DNA of 64,000 nt, from NCBI GenBank assembly GCA_002269645.1, contig NIVC01000064.1, forward strand, positions 558,001-622,000, read 5' to 3'. Shown here in pieces: positions 1 to 13,133 of the stretch. Position numbers and translations under genes: made by a program. A model generated the notes under the pieces. The model ran no database searches, had not been told where the DNA came from, and saw only the letters and a program-made list of their open reading frames with translations. The stretch's first letter is position 1. The number at the start of each line of letters is the position of its first letter. The stretch comes from Macrostomum lignano. Its lineage: Eukaryota.

Positions 1-1690
1 GGTGAGGCTGGGCCGCATGACTCAGCCGCTGCAGCTCATGCTGTCGCTTCGTCTCGGCCACCGTCGACCAAGTGCTGCTGCCAGTGGACCCGGATGTCCG
101 TCTGAGCTGACCGCGGAGCTGCAGGGTGAGCGATTGAGCCACAGGTGTCGACTGTTGACAGCTGCGGCTGTTTAACATGACTGACGCGCAAGCTCTGCAT
201 TGACGCCCTCTGCTTCCCTCATTCAGGATCCGCATTCGTCAGAAAGTGTGTACGCGACCTCGCTGCCAGAAGCGCCTCTGATTGTACCTGTCATGAGAAG
301 GTTAGTGGCGATTGTGTCCAATGATCTCGTTTACTATATATCAAATACTGAGTACAATTCACCCGAATCGCTTGAGCAGCTCGCAGCTGCTGACGGTCCG
401 GTTCTCGACGGGCGACTCCGAGCCGAGCGCGAGCTGCGGTCGCATCGAGCTGACTATCGCGGTGGCCAAGAAGGGCTTCTGCAGCAGGCACATGCTGCTG
501 CATCGGGGCCGCTGCCTCTTCATCTCCGACTCGGAGCTGCGGCTGTCGGATCTGAGCTGGACTGGAGTTGAGCTGGCTGCGATCTCCGGGAAGGAGCAGC
601 TGGATGAGCTAATGAGGGACAGTGAGTGCTGAGCTGAATGAGCTCACTGAGGGACAGTGAGTGAGCTGCTCATGCTGGTCATTGCTCATGGGTACAGTGC
701 TGAGCTGCTGCTCATGCTGGTCATTGCTCATGGGTACAGTGCTGAGCTGCTGCTCATGCTGATCATTGCTCATGGGTACTCAGTGCTGAGCTGCTGATCA
801 TGCTGGTCATTGCTCATGGGTACTCAGTGCTGAGCTGCTGATCATGCTGGTCGTTGCATGTCAGAGCTGAGCTGTTTTATACTTCTGTCATTACTATTAA
901 AAGTTCACAGCATTGTATCCTTGGACGCATATTTCAGATAAACAGAGACAGCATCGCTACCCATTCCTCATGCCTCTGGACCTAAGCCAAGTCCCAGTCA
1001 GAGTCGGACTGTTCTACAATGTATCGTCCAGCACAATGTTTTATCTTGACAATGCCGCTGGCTCGTGCTCAGCTGACCCAATCAGCCCCAGAGATGCCCA
1101 AGAACTTTTTCTTCTGGTTAGGTAAGTGACAACATTGGAAAAGTGCTGCAGTGTGATCGAATCAATGCCGTTGAACTTCGCAGAATCATCATATCAGCCC
1201 CTTCTGAACCTGCAGGGAGCCAAGACTTTGGGATTCTGGTCAATCAGTGGGGTGCGCATCGCTGATGGTTACTGGATTCTCGACTGCTCAGCTCAGCTTC
1301 TCGAGCTGCAGCTCCTCAGCCAGGTCTCTGCTGAGCTTTCCCGAGAGCCCCTTGAATGAATCTCTTGCTGCAGGTGCGAAGAACTGTACAAGTTTCCTGG
1401 ATGAAACTTTTAGTGAGCAGTTGCAGGTAAAACAGTTTATAAATGGCTCTATTGCCCTAGTCGTAGTTATGATCATTGTGTGTTTAGTTGGATTGCTCAC
1501 GGCGATAATATTTGGATATCGTCGGCGAGCTAAATCTATTGCGGAAGGACTCGAACAGCAAAATAGAAGGATGAGCACTGGAGAGGTTCCTGCTGCGCTC
1601 TGCGTGATGAAGAGTGAATGCCTTGTATCGCCAAACACGAATTTGACGACTTCGGAGTTGAAGCAGCGAAAGTCTAATTCAAAGCAGTAA
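1..1690 (+). CDS. Receptor copy 1: CUB-like + C-type-lectin-like + TM protein (5' end outside window)
   Basis: Manually spliced exons <1-125, 243-300 (or ancestral acceptor 227 with 2-nt deficit), 380-621, 938-1121, 1216-1690. GT-AG borders with matching phases 1/2/1/2. CUB-like motifs CSWEV..P.VV.V.N.LLTVRFST; CTLD-like motifs GRCLFIS..LAAISGKEQLDEL..VRVGL..CASL..C; TM IALVVVMIIVCLVGLLTAIIFGY followed by RRR; AATAAA at 1712. Confidence 0.75.
633..862 (+). repeat. 42-bp intronic VNTR after exon B (copy 1, ~4.5 units)
   Basis: Unit GCTGAGCTGCTGCTCATGCTGGTCATTGCTCATGGGTACAGT; the same VNTR follows exon B in all six copies. Confidence 0.9.
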
Positions 1691-2079
1691 AACAAAGTTA
1701 TTAGCAGGAGCAATAAACTGAACGCTAGGCAAGCCACACAGTAAATACTTTAACCGGTGGGACAGTGTCACATATAAATTGGTACAAACATCAATCAGTG
1801 ATAGATTGGTACCATATTGGAGTTTACCTAATCTGTGCTAAATATAGCGCTTGCTTTCAGCATGCTTTTCATGACGTCTGTTTAACTGCCTCTATCACTG
1901 AAAACGCAAATACAACTTTTACGAGCTAATTTCGTAGCTTGTAATTCACACATTTTCTGATCGCTTTTGTTGTTAAAATATGTTTTTCGTTTCTTTTGTC
2001 TGTGCCTCAATTAGCTCTCAACTTGTGGGCGCTGCACATTTAAAACTACCATTTTTGCTAAACAATGCTGATTCAGACA

Positions 2080-2782
2080 CGTCAAGAGATGTCAAGATCA
2101 CGGGGAATTGCTGAGATGTCAAGACTCACGGGGGAATTGCTGAGATGTCAAGACTCACGGAGGAATTGCTGAGATGTCATGACTCACGGGGGAATTGCTG
2201 AGATGACAATGATCACGGGGAATTGCTAAGATGTCATGACTCACGGGGGAATTGCTGAGATGTCAAGACTCACGGGGGAATTGCTGAGATGTCAAGACTC
2301 ACGGGGGAATTGCTGAGATGTCAAGACTCATGGGGAATTGCTGAGATGTCAAGACTCACGGGGAATTGCTAAGATGTCAAGACTCACGGGGGAATTGCTG
2401 AGATGTCAAGACTCACGGGGGAATTGCTGAGATGTCAAGACTCACGGGGGAATTGCTGAGATGTCAAGACTCACGGGGAATTGCTGAGATGTCAAGACTC
2501 ACGGGGGAGTTGCTGAGATGTCAAGACTCACGGGGGAATTGCTAAGATGTCAAGACTCACGGGGAATTGCTGAGATGTCAAGACTCACGGGGAATTGCTG
2601 AGATGTCAAGACTCACGGGGAATTGCTGAGATGTCAAGACTCACGGGGAATTGCTGAGATGTCATGACTCAGGGGAATGTCTTCTATGACGCCTGACAGA
2701 GGCATCCTGTCAGACATAAAAGAAGCATAACTGATTTGCTTGGACAACTGTTTGGGACCCGCGAAGCGGGTTAACCTGCTAG
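2080..2782 (+). mobile_element. Non-autonomous Helitron-like element carrying ~20 x 28-29-bp minisatellite
   Basis: Tandem GAGATGTCAAGACTCACGGGG(G)AATTGCT at ~2085-2675. 3' hairpin ACCCGC-GAA-GCGGGT (2757-2771) followed by CTAG|T (2779-2783), the classic Helitron 3' end. 5' end uncertain. Confidence 0.6.
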
Positions 2783-2789
2783 TAATGTA

Positions 2790-3108
2790 TGCACTAAAGG
2801 GGGCGCCAAAATTATATTCACCAAGGGTGCCATACTGAGCAAAATGAAGGCGGTGAGGACCTTTTTATGACGACCTGATCGAGCTTATAGTATTGAGTTA
2901 GTCGGGAAATTTCTACGCTTATGTTTTCTGGCACTCCAGTGTCTTTTTCCTGTTTTGGATTCAATCACTCCGTTTGTTCAAATTACGCTCGTATTATAGC
3001 TGTGAATATTGATAATTTTTGGGAATGCCAGTCCAAAGAAAAATGGTGCCAACATTGCCAGCCACTAAAATGGGGCCGGCCGCCCCCCTCCCCTTAAATC
3101 CGGCCCTG
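2790..3108. mobile_element. Partial hAT-like MITE
   Basis: Ends in CCGGCCCTG with GGGCGCC/GGTGCC subterminal motifs; only one terminus seen. Confidence 0.3.
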
Positions 3109-3589
3109 GCCACGGAGACCGCCCATTCCGCTAGCACCTGGTGACCAAAAACTTTCATGGAAGTAATGTCGCTCAGGAGGGCCCGTTGGTTTCGTCTGCA
3201 GCGAAGTCCTTCTCACCAATATAAGAGCCTCAGTTGCGGTCGTTCAGCTATGGTCCGACTAAATTCCATCGGCCAGCACTTCACGAAACGGCAGTTGCGT
3301 GCCTGAATTTTGCGTACTTCGCGTGCGAGTGTGTTAAAGAATCGTGGAGTTTAAGCTCCAAATTAAGCAAAAATAAATTCTTAACTTTACCATGAACATG
3401 CTTTCATTGCCACGAGCTGTACGTACAATTGTAGTTAATTTGAGACAACCTGCTTGTATGTTTGCCTGTTCTCAAATGACTTATCGAGTTGTTGCATTTT
3501 AATTTTCTATTTCGAATTTGGAATAGAGTGGCGGCAGACTACTCATTAGTAGGAAAGCAAAGCATTGATTGTGGATAAAACTCGGCGGG

Positions 3590-3760
3590 TAAAACTCTGG
3601 TGCTACCCTTAGTGAAGAGCTGTCTACTCCAGACTCACTGCGAAGAATAACGCAAAAAGCAGAAACAATCATAGAGGAAGCGTTGGCCAAAAATTAGAAA
3701 AAGACCGCACGAACTTGCAGTTCTACTTGTACACGGACACGTACTCGTACAGTGCGCACG
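3590..3760 (+). pseudogene. Remnant of a further receptor copy (intron-1 sequence only)
   Basis: Aligns to intron 1 of copy 2 (~9415-9560) and copy 4 (~32400-32540): GGGTAAAACT..TAGTGAAGAGCTGTCTAC..GCGTTGGCCAAAA..GACC; no exon A upstream. Confidence 0.6.
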
Positions 3761-6481
3761 TACAAGTACTAAAACAGAGCAACAAAAGCGGTGCTTCATT
3801 CCCACTCACTGTAAATTATGGAATTCTCTTGAAGTGAAACGAAGGCGCCGTTAGCAAGAGGATTGGAGAAATCAGCCGACACGCGCGTGATGCGTGAACA
3901 AGCATCCAGCCTTGGCAGCAACTCCCCAGATGCACAAGATCTGCATGCCTAAAAATAGTCCTGATGATCAGCGAGCAAGAAGCCCAGCCATGCGACCCTC
4001 GCGTGATGCATGCACAACCTCTGACCGACACTGCCTATTGGGCCTCGAAATCCCACTCTCTCTCCCTACTGCTCCTATTCCTCGTTGCTCGCGTACAGTG
4101 TGCTAGCTTATAAAATATACTGATTGAAGAGGAAAGATCCTCGCCTGAAGTTTGAGAATGTGACTCTAGAGATCACACAGAGAAAGTTACCATCAGGTCC
4201 ATTGTTCGTTGTCTTCCTGAACTGTTGGCAGAAGGAAACGATTAATATGGGAAAAACCCATATAAATTGTCGTTTCACTCTAGCTCGTACCTGCAGAGTT
4301 AGCTAATAAAGCTAATCAAGCCATCCATTTTCAAGAGCCAGATGTCTCAAAGACCACCCTGATCAGTTTATAGGCTTCTCTTTTTCCTTTGTCTTGTTCT
4401 CCTTCTATCTCTCTTTATTTGTCTTCCTTCACTTCCTTTCCCTTTTCGTCTTCGCAGCTATGGGACAACATTGGTGCGTTTGGTCCTTGACTACTCCCAT
4501 GGCCCATGGTGAGTTATATAACTTATATATAATAATATTAATAGCTAAGTCAGATTTTCTAGCTTCAGTGGCCATGCCTCTTCTGCTATGAGCAATCGAT
4601 ACATATTCGGGTACGAGAGAGGACGGAGAATTTGTGCTGTCTATCTTGTGGGTGGTTGTCTTGGTATTTTGCCTGGACCTTTCTCCCCGCACTCTTGGAG
4701 TCTCGCCCATAGCAACGCTCTCCAATCTCTACCCCGACGCGTAGAGATGTACAGTGTGCTCCGGAAGTTCCTCTTTGGGTGTTCTTCAGAGTACAGACAT
4801 GGCTCACTACGTACGCAGTTAGTTCGCCTTGAAGCTTGCCCATTAAACAGTGCATGGGTGGCAACAAAGTACGTATAAAATGTACGTCTTGTTCGTATAG
4901 AATGGAAGTTCCACATTGAAAAGTACGCTGCAATGTACATTCATGTATTCAAGTTCCTTCTATGCATGTACGTCCGATGGCCGAACAGATTATTTTACTG
5001 TTCAGCTACAAAATGACCGTCTAACAGATGCTACGGACTACCAAATACAGAACGAGGTCTGCTAGCTTAGGCAATAGAAGGCAATGTTTCTTTGCAACAT
5101 TATCCGTGCGCTATCAATACAGGTTGCTAAAAAGGAGCGGCTGTACCTGATTTCAAATATCTACATTATGCTGCTTCTAAGGTAAGTCTGTGTCGAAATT
5201 AATTAATTAAAGCGATTAGACAGTTATGGCTTTGCGATGGAAAAATACAACAATAAAATTATAGAATTGGGCAGAAATTGACGTATTGAAAGTTATAATT
5301 TCTTTATTATTTTACTTTATGAAATTATCTTTATGAGTCAAATGTGTCAAAAGACTTATATACACGCTAGTTAGAGTAGTAGGAAAAGGTTAGGGCCTGC
5401 CGAACTTCACTGATAGGCCGGATGTGGGTTGACCAATAGGCTATTTCTTAATAAAGTTCTCACACACAATATATTATCTGTAGTCATCAATTATTTCAAT
5501 ACAGTAACTCATGGACGACTTAAGTAGGACGGGAAACCTCGTTTCTTGGAAAATTTTTGAAGGCACTTTTTCCCGAAAAAATGCACTACGGAGATAGGAA
5601 ATTTTCATTTTTTCAGAACAAAATTGCTATTGCTTTTGATAGGAGGCGGATCCAGTGTTCATCTTTTGATATGTTGCGCCTTTTTTATTGCTCTATCGAT
5701 ATTCATAAAGCTTTTCGATCAGAAAATTAGGATTCTATGTTAATTTTTTATTCTACGTACATTTCCTGTACCTAAACCTAAAATGCATTCATTGCACAGC
5801 TCTAATATTTGGTTTTATGAATCTATTTTATCATCTCTGTTACAAATATTTGTTACAAAGTCAGCGAAGAATGATTGGTTATAATGGTTTTTAGACACAA
5901 GACACGTGCAAATGTACACATAAAAGCAATAAGACAGATATAAAGATGAACACTGGATCTACCTCCTACCAGGAACAAAACAAATTTTGTGCTGAAAAAA
6001 TGAAAACTTCCTATCTTCGTTGTGTTTTTTTGCGCAAAAAACCTGTTTCCAGTTCTACTTCAGCAAACTGCTATCATACAAACCGCATGCATATTTATAG
6101 CATTTATGGCAATTAAATTCAGCCACCGAATTTCGCATGCCGTTCGTCCAGCTATTCCGCCACCGACTGAACCTAGCTACGCTCGTACGCTCGTACATTG
6201 CTAATCTAAATGGAAACACGAATTCCTTAGCAAGTATATCTGTTGTTCTTTGAGGCAGCGTGGCCAAATGAACTACTCGTAGATGCGAGAAGCGATTGCA
6301 GGGTAGGAAAAGTCACGAAGGCTTGAAAGGCCTTTGTGAGGCGCACTTATATAATAGTTAAACTAACTAACTAGCATGATTCAGCAAACATCAAACCCCC
6401 ACCCAGTCTATAGGCCGGTCTGGGCAGACAGACAAACCCCCAGCCAATCAGACCGCAAGAACTCTAACCGGCGTACAAGCC

Positions 6482-8310
6482 GGGTGCACGACAATTGACT
6501 GCCGACAATTGACTGCCGAGCAATTTGACTGCCGACAAAATGACCGCGGACAAAATGACTGCCGACAATATGACTGCGGCAATTTGACTGCCGACAATTG
6601 ACTGCCGAGCAATTTGACTGCCGACAAAATGACCGCGGACAAAATGACTGCCGACAATATGACTGCGGCAATTTGACTGCCGACAATTGACTGCCGAGCA
6701 ATTTGACTGCCGACAAAATGACCGCGGACAAAATGACTGCCGACAATATGACTGCGGCAATTTGACTGCCGACAATATGACTGCGTCAAATACTACATGT
6801 ACATCCTTTTAATCTATGCATTGATCGTATTTAGGCACGACGAGCATTCGCTCTTTACGAGTGAAGATGCCAGCTACATTTGCCTTTCAGCAATACATGC
6901 ATGTATGTGTTATGACGAATCCTACTAAATTAGTTGCACCATGAAAATTTTAACATTAAGTTTCACATAAAGGTACTTTAAAATTTAAATGGCCTCCTAA
7001 GAAATGCATATTTCCTTGGTTGTTAGACTGCTGCAAACAGCTGCAAACGGTGGAGAGTTTCCCTCAGGGCTGCTAATTGCCCCAGAACGATTACGTTATT
7101 AAATCATGAGAAATGATAATAATGATAAGATAGAAGATAAGAGGAGACAAGGGGTGAGGAGAGAGCAGAGAGAAGAAGCGAGACGAGGGGAGAGAGGAGG
7201 GAGAGGAAAGAGTAAAGGTGAGAAGAGGGGGAGAGAAGAGGGGAAAGATGAGACAGAGGATCGATGAGAGAGGATCGAGAGGAGAGATTAGAAAGGATAG
7301 AGAAGAGAGGAGATAAGAGGGGGAGAAAGAGGAGTGAAAAAGAGGAGATATAGAGATGAGAGAGAGTTGAGAAAGAAGACAGGAGAAAGGAGAGATGATA
7401 GAGTAAAGGGAAGAGGAGAGAGGAAAGAGATGAGATGAGAGAGATGAGAGAGATGGAAGGAGAGATGAGAGAGTATAGAAGAGGGAAGAGAAGAAAAGGG
7501 AAGAAAGAAGAAAGGAAAGAGAGGAGTCAAAAGAGGGGAAATAGAAGAGTACAGAGGAGAGAGGTGAGAGAACATACGAATATAAGAGAGTAAAGGTCAC
7601 AGATGAGAGAGGGGAGATGAGAGAGCAGAGACGAGAGAAAAGAGACTAGAGACAAAAGAGAAGTGAGAAAACCGAAGAGAAGATGGAAGTTTCAAAGGAT
7701 GCAAGGGACATAGGGAGAGGCAGAGGTAGAGGCCAGAGTTTTCCTGACATTCTGCGCGGTACTCCAGCCAACTATATTAATGTTTGCCTCCAATCCTAAT
7801 TTTACACGAATGACTCTATTTTATTTTAACTGTATCCTGACTGATAAAAGTTTTTGTTTGAGTTTAACCTCAGATTCTTGAGGTTAATAGTTCCTGGGAT
7901 TGGAATTCCCCGGGTTCAAAATCCGCGGGTTTCAACAGCTTGTGGTATTATAAAGGTTATGTATTCTGTTCTGCATCATTCTAAATGCAATATTTCACTA
8001 CATGCATAAACTTAAAAGGGGTGACAGAGTGCTCAACTTTAGGAGCATCAGTTTCCCGGCAGTCATTTTGTCGGCAGTCAAATTGCCGCAGTCAAATTGT
8101 GGCAGTCAAATTGTGGCAGTCAAATAGTGGCAGTCAAATTGTCGGCAGTCATTTTGTCGGCAGTCAAATTGCCGCAGTCAAATTGTGGCAGTCAAATTGT
8201 GGCAGTCAAATTGTGGCAGTCAAATTGCTCGGCAGTCAAATTGTCGGCAGTCAAATTGATCGCAGTCAAATTGTGGCAGTCAAATTGTGGCAGTCAATTG
8301 TCGTAGACCC
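6482..8310. mobile_element. Foldback (MULE-type) non-autonomous DNA transposon with internally repetitive TIRs
   Basis: Termini GGGTGCACGACAATTGACTGCC / GGCAGTCAATTGTCGTAGACCC. Arms of ~15-bp GACTGCCGACAATTT repeats at 6490-6786 and inverted at 8055-8300. Flanks GTACAAGCC / GCAAAAGCC (7/9 match, putative TSD). Confidence 0.7.
7110..7740. repeat. GA-rich low-complexity polypurine tract
   Basis: Almost pure A/G sequence on the + strand. Confidence 0.9.
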
Positions 8311-9024
8311 GCAAAAGCCGCATACACAACATCACCCACCCCCTTAGAGAATGCAACGAGAAGCAACGCATGGTACACAACAGGATCATTCACAAGTATT
8401 CAGCACAATGCCTTCGACAAGGTCTGCCTGCCTTGTTGTTCCCGCCGCATGCAGCTTCAAGAGTCGTCTCTCTGTCTGCATATTGGCATGTCTCCAAAGG
8501 TTGCCCTGGTCTAAGGAACTCTCCGCCTTCCTAGAGCAGGCTGAAAGACCCAGGAGTTAAATGGACACCAATGCTGATTGATCAACCTGTTCATCTCATG
8601 ATGAACTTCTGCTGGATCCGCCCCGGCCGAAGAGCAACAATCCAATGTGGTATGCAGTATCCTTCTGCATATCGGCATCAAACTCTGCAGCTATTCTGAT
8701 AGTCTTCCGCCAACCTTGGAAAAGTTTCATCACAGTGGAAGACACGAACGTGACTCACATAAAACTTACAAATAGATCTTAACTACAAACAGTAGCCAAA
8801 CCGTATGTACGACGTGCGTACGATGAACCGACATCCTGGATCTTCATCCTCATAGCAACTTCCCTTTGGAATAAGACAGCGCTTAACTTAATTCCAATAT
8901 TAAAACTCACATCAAATCATGAGTGCCTCATTTTGCATATTCAGATTCTAAACCTTCATGCATTCTAAATTTTATTCAAATTCATTCTTCTGATGGAAGC
9001 AATGCAATGAAATCCACTCTTAAG

Positions 9025-11607
9025 GATCGAGGCAGCCCACCACTACTGCATCCAGGACAGCATCAAAGCGTTCTCAATGAACGCCGACTCAGACCAGCCT
9101 GAGACTCTGCTCACCAACCACAGGGAGGTGTACGGACTCGTCTCATCGCAGCGATGCAGCTGGGAGGTGAGGCTGGGCCGCATGACTCAGCCGCTGCAGC
9201 TCGTGCTGTCGCTTCGGCTCGGCCACCGTCAGCCGGGTGCTGCTGCGAGCGGACCCGGATGTCCGTCTGAGCTGACCGCGCTGCTGAAAGGTGAGTTATA
9301 GGGGCTCCGCAGCATTGATGGCAGCGACACGAGTAGCCTTCATACTTTTCCCACTTACCTTTAGCCTTTAACAGGGCACCAGGATAATTCATAAAAATCC
9401 AACTGAGGTTGCCGAGGGTAAAACTGCTGTTCCCCATAGTGAAGAGCTGTCTACCCCAGACTCTCCAAGACGAATAAACACGCATAAGCAGAAACAATGA
9501 AAGAGAAAGCGTTGGCCAAAATTTAGAAAAGACCACACGGACTTGCAATTCTAGCTCGTACTAGTACTCGTACTATGTGCACGTAGAAGCGCAGTTCTGA
9601 GAGTTGGCTAGGATTTGAGGTAGTTAGGTAGTTAGGTAAGAACTTCGGGTCCATTGAGATTTGCCGCAGTTCAATTTGCCCGCGAGAGAGTTGCCCGCCG
9701 AGTTTTTTCCCGCCGAGGTTTGCCCGCAATTCTTTTTCCTGCAGCGCATTTGGCCACCCGGCAGATTTTGTCTGCATTGCCTTCCCAATCCTTAGTACAT
9801 ATAAATCTTTATAAAGAGATTTACACGATCAAAACGTTTTCATCGTAACTTCATATCAAATTCATAACTTTTTTCTTGGGGGGGGGATAATACGAGCGTA
9901 CAGACAAAATCTAGCTGCCAAATGCTCTGCAGGAAAAATGCATTACCGGCAAACCTCAGCGGGCAAATCATCGCGGGAAATTCGCTCACAGGCAAATGCA
10001 CCGCGGGAAAATCTCGGCGGGCAAATCTCGGCGGGAAAATCTCGGCGGGCAAATCTCGGCGGGCAAATCTCCACGGGCAAATCTCGGCGAACGATTCGTC
10101 TGCGGGAACTTCTCGTGCTCCCAAGAACTTCGGTGAGAGTTAGTTACTTTAGTGTAAAGTCTATACTCGTAGCTTCAGAAATAAAATTAAGGTCTGCAAT
10201 GAGGTGCGACTTTTCAGAGCACAAAACGTTTTTGTTAAATACAGAAAGTTCAGTCCCTATTCGCGTAAACCTCGTACAACTTAGACTCCGGGTTCCTCAA
10301 GACCTGGAAGAATGGGACGAATTTGCCGCAAGCTCCATTGGTTGTTTCAGTGATGAACAAGTGAGTTTCGTAGTACTGTACTTGCAGTGTAAGCACTTAA
10401 GCTTACCAACTGTGGGACAGCTGAGCAATGTAATTATTGCCTGTAATGCTTAACAGCTCGCAGCTGCTGACGGTCCGGTTCTCGACGAGCGACGAGCTGA
10501 GCGCGAGCTGCGGTCGCATCGAGCTGACCATCGCGGTGGCCAAGAAGGGCTTCTGCGGCAGGCACATGCTGCTGCATCGGGGCCGCTGCCTCTTCATCTC
10601 CGACTCGGAGCTGCGGCTGTCGGATCTGAGCGGGACTGGAGTTGAGCTGGCTGCGATCTCCGGGACGGAGCAGCTGCATGAGCTGATGAGGGACAGTGAG
10701 TGCTGAGCTGCTACTCATGCTGGTCATTGCTCATGGGTACAGTGCTGAGCTGCTGCTCATGCTGGTCATTTCTCGTGGTACCAGGCCGAGCTGCTTTTAT
10801 GCCTCCGTATCACTAATGTTAAGTTCCCAGCTTTGTATCATTTCATGCATATTTCAGATCAACAGAGACAGTATCGCTACCCATTCCTCATGCCTCTGGA
10901 CCTAAGCCAAGTCCCAGTCAGAGTCGGACTGTTCTACAATGTATCGTCAGGCAGAATGTTTTTTCTGGACAATGCCGCTGGCTCGTGCTCAGTTGCCCTA
11001 ATCAGCCCCAGAGATGCCCAAGAACTTTATCTTCTGGTTAGGTAAGTGACAATATAGGACGACTTCTCGAATCAATACCGTTTAAATTCGCAGAATCATC
11101 AACGACAGTCCCTCCTGAACTGGCAGGGAGCCAGGACTTTGGGATTCTGGCCAATCAGTGCAGTGCGCATCGCTGATGCTTGCCGGATTCTCGACTGATC
11201 AGCTCAACTTCTCGAGCTGCAGGTCCTCAGCCAGGTCTCTGCTGAGCTTTCCCGAGAGCCCCTCAAATGAATCTCTTGCTGCAGGTGCGAACAACTGCCT
11301 GAAGAATTTCCTGGACAGAACTTTTAGTCAGCAGTTGCAGGAGAAACAGTTTAGAAATGGCTCTATTGACCTGTTCGTAGTTATAACCATCGTATGTTTA
11401 GTTGCGATGCTCATGGGGATAATAATTAGATATATTTATTACCGTCGGCGAGGTCAATTTAATGCGGAAGGATTCGAACAGCAAAATAGACGGATGAGCA
11501 CTGGAGAGGTTCCTGCTGCACACTGCGAGATGAAGAGCGAAGGGCACGCGTCTTGTATCGCCAAACACGAATTTGACGATTACCAAGTTGAAACAGCTAA
11601 AGTCTAA
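9025..11607 (+). CDS. Receptor copy 2 (signal-peptide end of exon A missing; otherwise open)
   Basis: Exons ~9029-9290, 10285-10360, 10457-10695, 10858-11041, 11127-11607 splice in frame. TM LFVVITIVCLVAMLMGIIIRYIYY. Homology to copies 3/4 begins abruptly at GAGGCAGCCCAC (~9029). Confidence 0.7.
9647..10122. mobile_element. MULE-type foldback MITE in intron 1 of copy 2
   Basis: Perfect 9-bp TSD AAGAACTTC (9638-9646 and 10123-10131), GGG...CCC termini, inverted GCGGG(C/A)AAAT subrepeats; empty site present in copy 4 (~32639-32650). Confidence 0.85.
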
Positions 11608-11771
11608 TTTTAAGGCAGTAAAACAAAGTTATTAGCACGAGGAATGAACTAAACGCTAGGCAAGCCACCCAGACAGTACTTTAAATAGTGAGAGATTGGG
11701 TCCGTATAAATCGGTGCCAGGATCTATCACAGATGGATAGATTGGCAACATATTGGAGTTTAACCTCCATA

Positions 11772-11967
11772 CACGCACGCACTTCTTGCGCCCCTAAGCT
11801 TGACTTTTCGCCCCCTACACGCATTTACTGCGCCCCTAATCTTGATTTTTCTCCCTCTATATGCATTTTTGCGCCCCTAGCTTAAAAACTGGCGCCCCTT
11901 ATACTCGTGCTGGCGCCCCAAACTTGGACCGCCCTCTCCCCAAAATGAAACTCTAGACCCGCCACTG
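11772..11967. mobile_element. Partial hAT-like MITE
   Basis: Repeated GCGCCCC subterminal motifs, ends CCGCCACTG; one terminus only. Confidence 0.35.
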
Positions 11968-12572
11968 AGTAGGGGTATCGTTCTGTCTTTGAAAATAATC
12001 CCAAAAAGCTGACACTAAAGTTGTAGTAGCACTGGACACTAAAATTACCGTTGACACTAAAATTTCACCAATGCCACCAAAGTTGTGCTAGTGCTAGGTG
12101 TGTACTATGTACTGTACTATTTACTGGCCTGAGCGGCTATATGTGGGGCTGTCAACCCTGTTCCTTTTTTCCTATTTGCTCCCATATGGGATTCATGGCT
12201 GTAGGTGATTTATACCGCTCTAAGGCGATTGTTTACTGCAGACTACTGAGATATGTCTCGTTTCTAAATGGTTCTCAATTCGCCTAATTTTGGGGTTTCA
12301 AAGGAAATGATCAAAGTCTTTTAAAACTGCAAATATCGAGTTTAATTAACTTTACAAAGTTGGAAGAATATAAGCGAGCGGTGAGTAGGTGAGTTGGTTC
12401 TTCTAGCCCCTTCTCGGTCTTCAGTTTATACTATTCTTTGAGAAAAATTCTAACAAATTTTGCTTACAGAATATGAATAAATTATAAGTTAAACAGTTAA
12501 ACGAAAATTTAGGCGATTATTTAAACATGGCAATTTCTAAGAAAGCACAAACTATCAACGTAGCTATTATAC

Positions 12573-12793
12573 GGGGGCATTACAAAACCGAAAAATCACA
12601 AAACCAAAATATCATATCTTGGAAAACAAAAACAATTGCCCATCATAAACCCGAAATATCATAACTACGAAAGTTCTAGCAATGTCCAACACTATTTTGG
12701 TTTTCGGAGTTATGATATTTCGGGTTTGATATTTCGGGTTTGTGATGGGAAGTCTTTTCGGAGTTGTGATTTTTCGAATTTATGATGGCGACC
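12573..12793. mobile_element. MULE-type MITE
   Basis: Imperfect inverted arms with CGAAAAATCAC/CCCGAAATATC subrepeats; flanks CTATTATAC / TTATTATAC (8/9). Confidence 0.65.
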
Positions 12794-13133
12794 TTATTAT
12801 ACTACTCTAAGGAAACTATACGAGTAAAGTGTGCAATATCTCATTTATTATTCAGCAATCCCTTCTGCAGGAATTTTCTATGAAAATATAACGCTTGCTT
12901 TTTGCATGCTTGTCATGACACCTGTTTAATTGCCTCGATCACTGAAGATGCAATACAAATTTTTATTTTGCTGTTTTTTAATTAATATTTTTTCTGGTCG
13001 TTTTACTCGTAGTTGCTAATATTCGTGCTTTTTGTCTTTTTTGTCTTTGTCTGCATTGGGTAATGACCTAAACAAAACTTTTTTTGTAAACGAATTAAAC
13101 AATGCTTATTCAGACGTAAAATATACATAAATG

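Noticed and set aside
3780-6400. Assorted short ORFs and possible element fragments
   Set aside because: No motif, terminus or repeat partner that I could verify.
6408-8347. ORFs with SAVKL/QSNC repeats on both strands
   Set aside because: Translations of the foldback element's 15-bp subrepeats.
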